This document shows, in pieces, positions 9,078-17,583 of a DNA stretch of 64,000 bases (position 1 is the first letter of the stretch; every line of letters starts with the position of its first letter). The stretch is from Flavobacteriales bacterium (GTDB taxonomy: Bacteria; Bacteroidota; Bacteroidia; Flavobacteriales_F; PHOS-HE28): assembly GCA_041691695.1 (NCBI GenBank), contig JBEPUG010000002.1, positions 11,100 to 75,099 of the forward strand, in the 5' to 3' direction. Made by a program: the position numbers and the translations under genes. Under the pieces are notes generated by a model that saw only the letters and a list, made by a program, of their open reading frames with translations, made no database searches and had not been told where the DNA came from.

Positions 9078-9110
9078 CCTGACAAATGAGAACGGACAAC
9101 TGAGAACCGG
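9078..9110 (-). repeat. Inverted copy of the GTTGTCAGG-type repeat
   Basis: Reverse complement CCGGTTCTCAGTTGTCCGTTCTCATTTGTCAGG aligns with 8880-8902 (16/17 plus 6/6 with a 7-nt bulge). Confidence 0.75.
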
Positions 9111-9111
9111 A

Positions 9112-10170
9112 TCAGATATACCGGTCCCCGGTCTCCGCGGTCAGCTCCTGCACGATCGCCTTGATCTGCTGCTCGTCCTTCTTGCGGCAGACCAGCAGCG
9201 CATCGTCGGTGCTTACCACGATGAAATCGTCCAGCCCTTGCAATACCACCAAACGGTCGTCCTGAATGTGGACCATGTTGTCCACGCCATCATAGACGCG
9301 CACCAGTTTCCCCGTTCCGGTATTGCCGTTGGCATCCTTTGGCAGCTGGGTATACAGGCTGCCCCAGGTACCGAGGTCACTCCAGCCGAAATCACCGGCC
9401 ACTACGAAGACGTTTTCCGCCTTCTCCAAGATGCCGTAGTCGATGCTGATACTCTCGCATTTCGCATAGACCTTGGGAATGTCGCCATGCTCAAAGAGCT
9501 GTGCCATTTGCGGCAGATGCGTCTGGAACGCCTTGGTGATACTGGCGATGGACCAGATGAAGATGCCGCTGTTCCACAGGTAGTCCCCGCTTTTGAGAAA
9601 ACGTTCTGCGGTGGCGTGATCGGGCTTCTCGGTGAAGTTCTTCACGCGCTTCACTTCCGATCGATCTCCGGTCGCACCATCGTCGAATTGGATGTAACCG
9701 TATCCGGTATCCGGCCGGTTGGGCGTAATACCCAGTGTGACGAGGCAGTCGCTGCTGCCAGCCTGCTCCAACGCGATCCGGATCCGGTCCCGGAACACTT
9801 CCTCTTGCATTACGAGATGGTCGCTCGGCGCCACGATGATGCGGGCTTGGGGATCGCGCTTGGCGATGATTTGGTTCGCGTAGGCGATACAAGGCGCGGT
9901 GTTGCGGCGGTCAGGTTCCAACAGCACCTGCTCCCGCTGCAATTGCGGCAGCTGCTCATGCACCAGCGCTGAGTATTGCGCATTGGTCACCACATAGATG
10001 TTCTCCGCCGGGCACAGCGGTAGGAAGCGGTCGAAGGTCTGTTGGATCAGCGTCCTGCCCGTACCGAGGAAATCGAGGAACTGCTTCGGATGGCGGGTGC
10101 GGCTCATGGGCCAGAAGCGACTTCCGATGCCTCCGGCCATGATCACACAATAGGTATGCTTGTCGTTCAT
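9112..10170 (-). CDS. Mannose-1-phosphate guanylyltransferase (nucleotidyltransferase type)
   Basis: 352 aa. N-terminal MAGGIGSRFWPMSR nucleotide-binding motif. Confidence 0.9.
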   Translation of the reverse strand: MNDKHTYCVIMAGGIGSRFWPMSRTRHPKQFLDFLGTGRTLIQQTFDRFLPLCPAENIYVVTNAQYSALVHEQLPQLQREQVLLEPDRRNTAPCIAYANQIIAKRDPQARIIVAPSDHLVMQEEVFRDRIRIALEQAGSSDCLVTLGITPNRPDTGYGYIQFDDGATGDRSEVKRVKNFTEKPDHATAERFLKSGDYLWNSGIFIWSIASITKAFQTHLPQMAQLFEHGDIPKVYAKCESISIDYGILEKAENVFVVAGDFGWSDLGTWGSLYTQLPKDANGNTGTGKLVRVYDGVDNMVHIQDDRLVVLQGLDDFIVVSTDDALLVCRKKDEQQIKAIVQELTAETGDRYI

Positions 10171-10191
10171 GGCAATGGGTTGGCGCAGTAC

Positions 10192-10821
10192 TCAAGAAGC
10201 ACAGCGCGCGGCCAAAGGATGCTCTAGATGCACCTCGGCCGTGGGGTCTATGAAATAAATACGACGGTCGTTCAGGCAGCGGCAGCGGAAACGCGTGCGC
10301 ATCCGGCGGCCTTTCACGAACAATTTCCGGTTGAAGCTGAATACGGTGCTCTCCTCCAATTCCTCCAAGAAAGGTCGAGGCTCCCTGTCATAGCGGCGCA
10401 GCACACGCATCAGGCCGTGGTCCGTGCAACTGCTGCTGGGTGCATCGTCCAGATGGGACTCCAACACGCGCAGTACATCGGCAGGGAAGACCTCCCGGCT
10501 GAGGAAGGGTCGCATCAGGCGCTTGTATTCCGCCTTCCATTCCGCGCCATGCGGCTGGTGGCGATGGTACTTGCGAAAAGTGGTGAAGTGGGCGAATTCA
10601 TGCACCAGCACCACCAGGAAGGCATACTTGTTCAGGTCCTCGTTCACCGTGATGCGATGCGATTGCGTACGCGTGGCGACACGATAATCGCCCAGCTTGG
10701 TGATGCGCGGCCGATTCACGCGGACCGCAACGGGGTTTCTCCGCAGCCAGTTCTCCACCACCGGCCATGCGGCGCGTGGAAGCTGGGCCCGGAGGCGGAG
10801 GATATCAGTGGTCAGTTCCAT
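10192..10821 (-). CDS. SprT-like zinc metalloprotease domain protein
   Basis: 209 aa with a HEFAH zinc motif and C-terminal Cys pairs. Confidence 0.8.
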   Translation of the reverse strand: MELTTDILRLRAQLPRAAWPVVENWLRRNPVAVRVNRPRITKLGDYRVATRTQSHRITVNEDLNKYAFLVVLVHEFAHFTTFRKYHRHQPHGAEWKAEYKRLMRPFLSREVFPADVLRVLESHLDDAPSSSCTDHGLMRVLRRYDREPRPFLEELEESTVFSFNRKLFVKGRRMRTRFRCRCLNDRRIYFIDPTAEVHLEHPLAARCAS

Positions 10822-11029
10822 GGCCGTTCACAGTCGCGAGGTCGTCGTTCATCCCGTCATCCACCGCCACGCGCACATCCTTGTTCATCACCTTGGGAAC
10901 GGCATTCCACTTCGGACAGTCGCAGCCATGTTTATGCCGTGGTGAGGCACCATACTTAGGGCGTGATGCACAACCGGCAAAAAGCAGGAAAGCTCCGAGG
11001 GTAGCGATGGGGATCAGGGGGTTTGTCAC
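10805..11029 (-). CDS. Small putative lipoprotein
   Basis: 74 aa with lipobox LLFAGC and a HGCDCPKW segment. Overlaps the sprT-like start by 17 nt. Confidence 0.5.
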   Translation of the reverse strand: MTNPLIPIATLGAFLLFAGCASRPKYGASPRHKHGCDCPKWNAVPKVMNKDVRVAVDDGMNDDLATVNGHGTDH

Positions 11030-11161
11030 TGTTTATCGATGCTTGGTGGCACCAAGGAGGCGCCTGGCTTGCAAAGGTAGAGGACCGGCCATGTGGAGAA
11101 AAGCCCAAGGGAAAGATTTTGGCCATTCCCCCAGCACCTAATTTAGCCGCCTTACTCCCGG

Positions 11162-11902
11162 ATGTCCATCCTCTACCATATCGGACGCTACTTCATGCTC
11201 ATGGCGGAGACCTTCTCCAAGCCGGAGCGACTCAGCATCTATTGGCGGCGCACAGTTGAAGAGATGGACCTACTGGGCGTCAAGAGCTTAGGCATTGTGG
11301 CACTGCTCTCCTTCTTCATGGGGGCGGTGATCACCATCCAGACCAAAACGAACATCGATTCGCCTTTGATCCCCCAGTACGTGGTGGGTTTCACAGTGCG
11401 GCAAAGCACAATTCTCGAATTCAGTCCTACCATCATCTCCTTGATCTTGGCGGGCAAAGTGGGTTCCACGATAGCGGCGGAGATAGGCTCCATGCGCGTT
11501 CGGGAACAGATCGACGCCCTGGACATCATGGGCATCAACTCGGCTGGCTACCTGATCCTGCCGAAGATCATCGCTACCGCCTTGATCAATCCGTTCCTCA
11601 TCATCATCAGCATGTTCCTCAGCATTTTTGGGGGCTGGTTGGTAGGCACGCTTTCGGGGATCATCAGCTCCGCCAACTACCTGCAAGGAGTGCAGTATGA
11701 TTTCAACTCCTACATCGTCACCTACGCACTCATCAAAACAGTGGTATTTGCGGTGGTCATCGCCACCATTTCGGCCTATCAAGGCTATTACACCACAGGC
11801 GGTACCCGCGAGGTCGGCATCAGCAGCACCAAGGCCGTGGTCTATAGCGATGTGGTGATCCTGATCATGAACTACCTGCTGACCCAGCTGCTGCTGCTAT
11901 GA
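11162..11902 (+). CDS. mlaE: MlaE/YrbE family ABC transporter permease
   Basis: 246 aa, multi-TM, typical MlaE-like sequence. 4-nt overlap with the downstream ATPase. Confidence 0.85.
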   Translation: MSILYHIGRYFMLMAETFSKPERLSIYWRRTVEEMDLLGVKSLGIVALLSFFMGAVITIQTKTNIDSPLIPQYVVGFTVRQSTILEFSPTIISLILAGKVGSTIAAEIGSMRVREQIDALDIMGINSAGYLILPKIIATALINPFLIIISMFLSIFGGWLVGTLSGIISSANYLQGVQYDFNSYIVTYALIKTVVFAVVIATISAYQGYYTTGGTREVGISSTKAVVYSDVVILIMNYLLTQLLLL

Positions 11903-12660
11903 TCGAGGTGCGCCACTTGAGCAAGCGCTTCGGCAATGTGCAGGTGCTTGAGGACATCAACGCCGTCTTCCAAAAAGGGAAGGTGAACCAGATCATCGGG
12001 AAGAGCGGTAGTGGCAAGAGTGTGCTGGCCAAATGCATCGTAGGCCTTTATGTGCCCGATGAAGGTGAGGTGCTCTACGATGGCAAGTCCTTCCAAGCCA
12101 TGGACAAGGCTCAGAAGTCTGAGTTGCGGCAGGAGATCGGCATGCTCTTCCAAAGCAGCGCCCTCTTCGACTCGCTCACTGTGCTTGAAAATGTGCTTTT
12201 CCCACTACGAATGTTCGCCACGATGAGCGAATTGGAGATGCGTGAAAGGGCGCATTTTTGCTTGAAACGAGTGAAGATCGAGGGGCAGGACAAGAAGTTT
12301 CCCGCCCAGATCAGCGGCGGCATGCAGAAGCGAGTGGGCATCGCGCGCGCCATCGCCATGAATCCCAAGTATCTCTTCGTGGACGAGCCCAACAGCGGAC
12401 TGGACCCTCAAACGAGCATCGTGATCGACGAGCTGATCAAGGAGATCACCGAGGAGTACGACACCACTACTGTGATCATCACCCACGACATGAATTCGGT
12501 GATGGGCATCGCGGATAAGATCTTCTTCATCCACGACAAACGACTCTGGTGGAAAGGTACGCGGGACGAGTTGCTGGAGAGCGACAACAAGGAACTCCGC
12601 GAATTCATCTTCGCCGGTAGCCTGATGCGCGAGGTGCGCAAGGCGATGAAGGGGATCTAG
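11899..12660 (+). CDS. mlaF: ABC transporter ATP-binding protein (MlaF-like)
   Basis: Walker A GKSGSGKS, signature ISGGMQKR, Walker B LFVDEP. Confidence 0.9.
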   Translation: MIEVRHLSKRFGNVQVLEDINAVFQKGKVNQIIGKSGSGKSVLAKCIVGLYVPDEGEVLYDGKSFQAMDKAQKSELRQEIGMLFQSSALFDSLTVLENVLFPLRMFATMSELEMRERAHFCLKRVKIEGQDKKFPAQISGGMQKRVGIARAIAMNPKYLFVDEPNSGLDPQTSIVIDELIKEITEEYDTTTVIITHDMNSVMGIADKIFFIHDKRLWWKGTRDELLESDNKELREFIFAGSLMREVRKAMKGI

Positions 12661-12766
12661 GCCGCTGTTAGGCGGAATAGCCCGGGACGGTTCTACGTAT
12701 GGTGCCATCCCATCGCGCTGCGCGTTTAGCCATTGGACAACTCTGCACACGGCAGTTCGCGCCCCA

Positions 12767-13057
12767 TCATTCGGATAAAAACACTTCATCAACATAGCAC
12801 CACGCCCAGGTCTCACCCACTTCCAACGATGTCATGACAGGGTGCTTGGTCTCGTGAAAATGCTTGGTGGCATGGCGATTGGGCGACTGGTCACAGCAAC
12901 TGATCTTGCCGCATTCGAGACATTCGCGGAGGTGGACCCACCAGCCACCGATCTTCAAACACTCCTCGCAGCCCACACCGGGCCGCGTCACATGGTGGAT
13001 TTTAATGACGCGAGCGTGCTTGCACGGCGCGTTGAGGTCGATGTTCGAGGTGCTCAT
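12767..13057 (-). CDS. UBP-type zinc-finger domain protein
   Basis: Track ORF 12767..13198 trimmed to ATG 13057 (MSTSNIDL...). CEEC...HLRECLECGKISCCDQSPNRHATKHFHETKHP is the ZnF-UBP pattern. Confidence 0.75.
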   Translation of the reverse strand: MSTSNIDLNAPCKHARVIKIHHVTRPGVGCEECLKIGGWWVHLRECLECGKISCCDQSPNRHATKHFHETKHPVMTSLEVGETWAWCYVDEVFLSE

Positions 13058-13263
13058 GATGCATTGCGATGTTTGTTCCAAAAGCAGCTGGTGGAAAACG
13101 GTCCTGCAAGTAGGCCGGAAGTATGCTCCTGTAAAAGTATCCCACATGGGGCATCGCCGTGGGGAGTTTAGCAGCGTGGAGCCGGTGATGATCATCACCA
13201 GAAGACATAACGCATCGACCTAGGTTTGCAACCCATGAATACCTTCACATACTCAGGCAGTGC

Positions 13264-14061
13264 ATGGAAGTGATCGGCTACCTCGGCGCGGTGCTGATGG
13301 GCCTTTCCCTTGGCCTGCTCGGCGGCGGCGGTTCCATCCTCACCGTCCCCATCTTGGTCTATCTCTTCGGCCAAGATCCTGTCACCGCCACGGGGCTTTC
13401 ACTCTTCATCGTTGGGACCACTAGTGCGGCGGGTATTTTCTCCCATCACAAGCAGGGCAACATTGAATGGCGCACCGCTTCCGTGTTCGGAGCCGCCTCG
13501 ATCGTCAGCGTTTTCATCAGCCGCCACTGGCTCCTTCCTGCATTACCGGACCCGCTGATCCACTTTGGCGACGTAGCGATCGGCAAAGGCACTGCGATAC
13601 TTGGCCTCTTCGCCATCGTGATGCTCGTCTCCGCTTGGAGCATGATCCGGGGGAGGAAGATGTTGAAGCCTGAGACGAACGGAGAGCGGCATCTTCCCTC
13701 TCTCCTGCTCATCGGCCTTTTCGTAGGCCTGCTCACCGGTGTGCTCGGCGCGGGCGGCGGATTTCTCATCGTGCCCTCTCTGGTGCTGCTGGCCGGCGTG
13801 GACATGAAGCGCGCCATCGGCACCTCCCTACTGCTCATCACAGTGAATTCCTACATCGGCTTCCTCGGTGATCAACACGTCCATTTGGCTGACTATGCGC
13901 CGATCTTGCTGCCCTTCCTGGCGCTGGCCGTGCTCGGCATCGTTATTGGCAGCGGCCTTTCCAAGCGCATCGGCAATGCGAAGCTCCGGCCAGCGTTCGG
14001 CTGGTTCGTGCTGGCGATGGGCACATACATCATCATTCGCGAACTTTATGCCCTCACCTGA
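13264..14061 (+). CDS. TauE/SafE family sulfite/organosulfonate exporter
   Basis: 265 aa, multi-TM, with two GGGGS/GAGGGF repeats typical of TauE. Confidence 0.85.
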   Translation: MEVIGYLGAVLMGLSLGLLGGGGSILTVPILVYLFGQDPVTATGLSLFIVGTTSAAGIFSHHKQGNIEWRTASVFGAASIVSVFISRHWLLPALPDPLIHFGDVAIGKGTAILGLFAIVMLVSAWSMIRGRKMLKPETNGERHLPSLLLIGLFVGLLTGVLGAGGGFLIVPSLVLLAGVDMKRAIGTSLLLITVNSYIGFLGDQHVHLADYAPILLPFLALAVLGIVIGSGLSKRIGNAKLRPAFGWFVLAMGTYIIIRELYALT

Positions 14062-14080
14062 AAAGATGAGGGCATAAAGT
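14043..14080 (+). terminator. Perfect 14-bp stem hairpin spanning the TauE stop codon
   Basis: ACTTTATGCCCTCA (14043-14056) pairs with TGAGGGCATAAAGT (14067-14080). The 10-nt loop contains the TGA at 14059-14061. Confidence 0.4.
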
Positions 14081-14085
14081 CGCAC

Positions 14086-14105
14086 GGGCCGACGATCGTC
14101 GGCCC
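14086..14105. terminator. Perfect 20-nt palindrome GGGCCGACGATCGTCGGCCC
   Basis: Self-complementary as read. Sits 5 nt after the previous hairpin and 18 nt before the next ATG (14124). Confidence 0.4.
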
Positions 14106-14123
14106 AACCAAATAAGAAGAAAA

Positions 14124-15536
14124 ATGAAGATCGAACAGATCTATACCGGCTGTCTCGCACAAGGCGCTTACTACATCGAAAGCAACGGCGAAGCAGCCGT
14201 GATCGATCCCCTGCGTGAATCCCAGCCCTACATCGACCGCGCTGATAAGAGCGGAGCCAAGATCAAATACGTCCTAGAGACCCACTTCCACGCCGACTTT
14301 GTCAGCGGCCACGTGGACCTCGCAAAGCGCACTGGCGCCAGCATCATCTACGGCCCCAATGCCAAGCCTGACTTCACGGCGCATATCGCGAAGGATGGGG
14401 AGGAACTGAAGCTCGGCAAGCTGACCATCAGGGTGCTGCACACCCCGGGGCACACTATGGAAAGCACCACCTATCTGTTGCTGGACGAGACCGGAAAGCC
14501 GCACTGCATCTTCAGCGGGGACACGCTCTTCATCGGCGATGTGGGCCGTCCCGACCTGGCACAGAAGATCGGCTCGATGACCAAGGAGGACCTTGCGGGT
14601 TACCTGTACGATTCGCTGCACACGAAGATCATGACGCTTCCGGACGACGTGATCGTTTACCCGGCACACGGAGCCGGCAGCGCGTGCGGAAAGAACATGA
14701 GCAAGGAGACCTGGGACACGCTGGGCCATCAAAAGCAGGTGAACTACGCATTGAAGGCGGCCACGAAGGAGCAGTTCATCAAGGAGGTCACCGACGGGAT
14801 CCTTCCGCCACCGGCCTACTTCCCGCAGAACGTGGCGATGAACAAGGGAGCGATCCCGAGCTTGGAGACCGTGAAGGAGAAAGGTCTTCGCGCACTCGCA
14901 CCCGACCAGGTGGAACTGATCGTGGAAAGTGAAGGTGCCTTGGTGCTGGATACGCGCACTCCGCAGACCTTCAAGGATGGTTTTGTCCCTCGCAGCATCA
15001 ACATCGGCCTGAAGGGTGATTTCGCACCTTGGGTAGGCGCGATGATCCCCGATGTGAAACATCCACTGGTGTTGGTGACCGATGAAGGCAGTGAGGACGA
15101 GGCGGTGACACGCTTGGCCCGCGTGGGCTATGACAACGTGCTCGGATTTCTCAAAGGGGGCATCACCGCGTGGAAGAATGCGGACCGCGATGTGGATTCC
15201 ATCGAAAGCATCCCGGCGGATGAGTTTGCCAAGCGCATGAACGCGGATAAGTTGAACGTCTTCGACGTGCGCAAGCCCAGCGAGTGGGAGGCGGAACACT
15301 TGGAGAACGCCAAGCACGCGTCTTTGCAATTCCTGAACGACCACCTCGCGGAATTCAGCACAGACACCACCAACTATGTGCATTGCGCAGGCGGCTATCG
15401 GAGCATGATCGCCGCATCGGTGCTCAAGGCTCGGGGCTACCACAACGTGGTGGATATCGCAGGCGGTTTCGCGGCGATCCAAAAGACCGCGTTACCGACC
15501 ACCAACTTTGTTTGCCAGAGCAAAGCCGTGAAGTAG
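14124..15536 (+). CDS. MBL-fold persulfide-dioxygenase-like protein fused to two rhodanese domains
   Basis: 470 aa. THFHADFVSGH metallo-beta-lactamase motif. C-terminal rhodanese region with active-site loop HCAGGYRS. Confidence 0.85.
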   Translation: MKIEQIYTGCLAQGAYYIESNGEAAVIDPLRESQPYIDRADKSGAKIKYVLETHFHADFVSGHVDLAKRTGASIIYGPNAKPDFTAHIAKDGEELKLGKLTIRVLHTPGHTMESTTYLLLDETGKPHCIFSGDTLFIGDVGRPDLAQKIGSMTKEDLAGYLYDSLHTKIMTLPDDVIVYPAHGAGSACGKNMSKETWDTLGHQKQVNYALKAATKEQFIKEVTDGILPPPAYFPQNVAMNKGAIPSLETVKEKGLRALAPDQVELIVESEGALVLDTRTPQTFKDGFVPRSINIGLKGDFAPWVGAMIPDVKHPLVLVTDEGSEDEAVTRLARVGYDNVLGFLKGGITAWKNADRDVDSIESIPADEFAKRMNADKLNVFDVRKPSEWEAEHLENAKHASLQFLNDHLAEFSTDTTNYVHCAGGYRSMIAASVLKARGYHNVVDIAGGFAAIQKTALPTTNFVCQSKAVK

Positions 15537-15615
15537 GTTTTCGAACGCCCGGTGTGAGGATCGTCACATACCGCACTTATCACTGTTCGGACCTTTGTGT
15601 TCAACAGCAACGGAT

Positions 15616-15816
15616 ATGAGAAAGAACATGGGAGGGGTCGACCGGACGATACGGATCATCGTGGCACTCTTGATCGGGGTGCTCACCTTTGCGGGCGTGC
15701 TCCACGGGACATTGGCCATCATCCTGCTGGTCCTCGCAGCGGTATTCCTGCTTACCAGCTTCGTGAGTTTCTGCCCGCTGTACAGCCTGATCGGCATCAA
15801 CACGTGCAAGAAATGA
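15616..15816 (+). CDS. DUF2892 (YgaP-type) small membrane protein
   Basis: Track ORF 15595..15816 trimmed to ATG 15616 (MRKNMGGVDRTIRIIVALLIG...FCPLYSLIGINTC). Confidence 0.7.
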   Translation: MRKNMGGVDRTIRIIVALLIGVLTFAGVLHGTLAIILLVLAAVFLLTSFVSFCPLYSLIGINTCKK

Positions 15817-16013
15817 AGAGCTGGTGGTGGATCGCCGTTGTCATCGGCGCTGTGGCCGGTTGGTTCTATTGGAGCCAATGGGGCTGCACGAACGGATGGG
15901 CGATCACAGGTTCTCCGGTGAACAGCACGCTTTATGGCGGGCTCATGGGCGGGCTGCTCGTGAACGTAGTCAGGAAAGACAGGAAGAACGAACAACCAAC
16001 CAACATCAACTGA
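15813..16013 (+). CDS. Small membrane protein, unknown function
   Basis: C-terminal part of track ORF 15597..16013. ATG 15813 overlaps the upstream stop (ATGA). MKSWWWIAVVIGAVAGWFYW... has two hydrophobic segments. Confidence 0.6.
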   Translation: MKSWWWIAVVIGAVAGWFYWSQWGCTNGWAITGSPVNSTLYGGLMGGLLVNVVRKDRKNEQPTNIN

Positions 16014-16319
16014 ATGTTCCGCACACTTTTCGGCATGGGTCCCAAGGTGGACCTGAAGGAGATCAAGAGCAAAGGCGCAACGATCTTGGACGTCCGCACC
16101 ACGGAGGAATTTGCCGGTGGCCATGTGAAGGGCGCTATCAATATACCGTTGGATCGGCTTCAGCAACAATTGAAGAAGCTGCCCAAGGACAAGCCGGTGA
16201 TCGCTTGCTGCCTCAGTGGTGCTCGCAGCGGTAGCGCGGTCTCCATGCTGAAGGCGGAAGGATACGAGGCCTATAGCGGCGGAGGCTGGTCCGGCTTGGA
16301 CCGCACCCTGAACAGCTGA
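16014..16319 (+). CDS. Single-domain rhodanese sulfurtransferase
   Basis: 101 aa with active-site loop CCLSGARS. The start abuts the upstream stop. Confidence 0.85.
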   Translation: MFRTLFGMGPKVDLKEIKSKGATILDVRTTEEFAGGHVKGAINIPLDRLQQQLKKLPKDKPVIACCLSGARSGSAVSMLKAEGYEAYSGGGWSGLDRTLNS

Positions 16320-16555
16320 TGAAAGACCTGTTCCGCAACTGGAATTTTGCCCGCGCACTGCGGCTTGTGCTCGCCGGGGCCTTCCTCGGTGCGGCCATCT
16401 CTACCGGCGAGTGGATCGCCTACGTCGTCGCAGCGGTCTTCGGGCTGCAGGCCATCCTCAACATAGGCTGCTGTGGATCCTCTTGCGCCGCACCGCCGGT
16501 GAACCGAAAGGCGACCTCACTTGTTCAGGATGTGGACTACGAAGAACTACATTGA
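16319..16555 (+). CDS. Small membrane protein with Cys-rich motif (GCCGSSC)
   Basis: 78 aa, two hydrophobic segments, TGATG overlap with the rhodanese stop. Confidence 0.6.
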   Translation: MKDLFRNWNFARALRLVLAGAFLGAAISTGEWIAYVVAAVFGLQAILNIGCCGSSCAAPPVNRKATSLVQDVDYEELH

Positions 16556-16558
16556 ACG

Positions 16559-16864
16559 ATGGAAGGAAAGACAAGCTTCAAGGAATTGATCAACGGTGAA
16601 AAGCCGGTGGTGGTGGACTTTTTCGCGGAATGGTGCGGGCCCTGCAAGACCATGAAGCCAATCCTAGACGAGTTCAAGGGCCATGTGGGAGACAAGGCCG
16701 TCGTGATCAAGATCGACATTGACAAGAATCCCGCGGCGGCGCAAGCCTACAAGGTGCGCGGCGTGCCCACCCTCGCTATCTTCAAGAAGGGACAAGTGGT
16801 GTGGCGGCAGTCCGGCGTGATGAGCTCGCTGCAGATGCAGGAGGCTTTGCGGCCCTATCTGTGA
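16559..16864 (+). CDS. trxA: Thioredoxin
   Basis: 101 aa with a WCGPCK active site. Confidence 0.92.
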   Translation: MEGKTSFKELINGEKPVVVDFFAEWCGPCKTMKPILDEFKGHVGDKAVVIKIDIDKNPAAAQAYKVRGVPTLAIFKKGQVVWRQSGVMSSLQMQEALRPYL

Positions 16865-16873
16865 GCCGCGTGA

Positions 16874-16891
16874 TCAGGAACGCGTTCCTGA
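16874..16891. terminator. Perfect 18-nt palindrome between convergent trxA and the DUF983 gene
   Basis: TCAGGAACGCGTTCCTGA. Includes the DUF983 stop codon. Candidate bidirectional terminator. Confidence 0.45.
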
Positions 16892-17284
16892 GGCAGTCGT
16901 TCCGGCGTCTGACGCTTTGAAATGCATGAACATGTTGGCCCAGATGATCTTGCTCAATGCATAGAAATACGGCCCACCAAGCAGGATGACCAACGCGATG
17001 AGCGTCACTTGCCAGTGGGGTGCCATCTCAGGCGCCAGCACCAGTATGGCCATCCATATGCTGATGGCCACCCCCGCCGTGATGCCATAGGACACATACA
17101 TGGAACCGAAATAAAAGCCAGGCTCTATGGTGAACCTGCCCTTGCACACGCGGCAGTTGTCGTGAAGCGCACCCGCGTGCCGAAGGTCGTAAGGGCGAGA
17201 GATGAAGAAATCCCCCTCTTGGCAGTAAGGGCACTTCATATTCGCGATGCTGTAAAGCTTGGTTCCTTTCTTGATCAGGTCCAT
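16874..17284 (-). CDS. DUF983 domain membrane protein
   Basis: Track ORF 16874..17386 trimmed to ATG 17284 (MDLIKKGTKLYSIANMKCPYCQEGDFF...CRVCKG...), followed by two TM segments. Confidence 0.75.
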   Translation of the reverse strand: MDLIKKGTKLYSIANMKCPYCQEGDFFISRPYDLRHAGALHDNCRVCKGRFTIEPGFYFGSMYVSYGITAGVAISIWMAILVLAPEMAPHWQVTLIALVILLGGPYFYALSKIIWANMFMHFKASDAGTTASGTRS

Positions 17285-17583
17285 GGCGCAAAGGTCTCTC
17301 AAAATAGCGAGATCGCAGGTGATGATGGTCACGTGCCGTATGATGTATAAGACTTGTGACCACGCAACAGACCGATAATTTGGCAAGGCGCAACAGCAGG
17401 CCGCGGTCCTCGGAGCAATTCTTCAGAAACCTGACGTATCGCTTTTGCTTTTCCCCGCTCAAACGCTCGAAGTCGTTCAGATAGTCCAGCACTTCCTGCA
17501 CGATCCCGTCAGGAGCCGTTTCAAGCTTCTTGACGATCGCGAACTTCATTTCTTCGTTGTCATCGCAAGCAAAAGCAGCGAGT

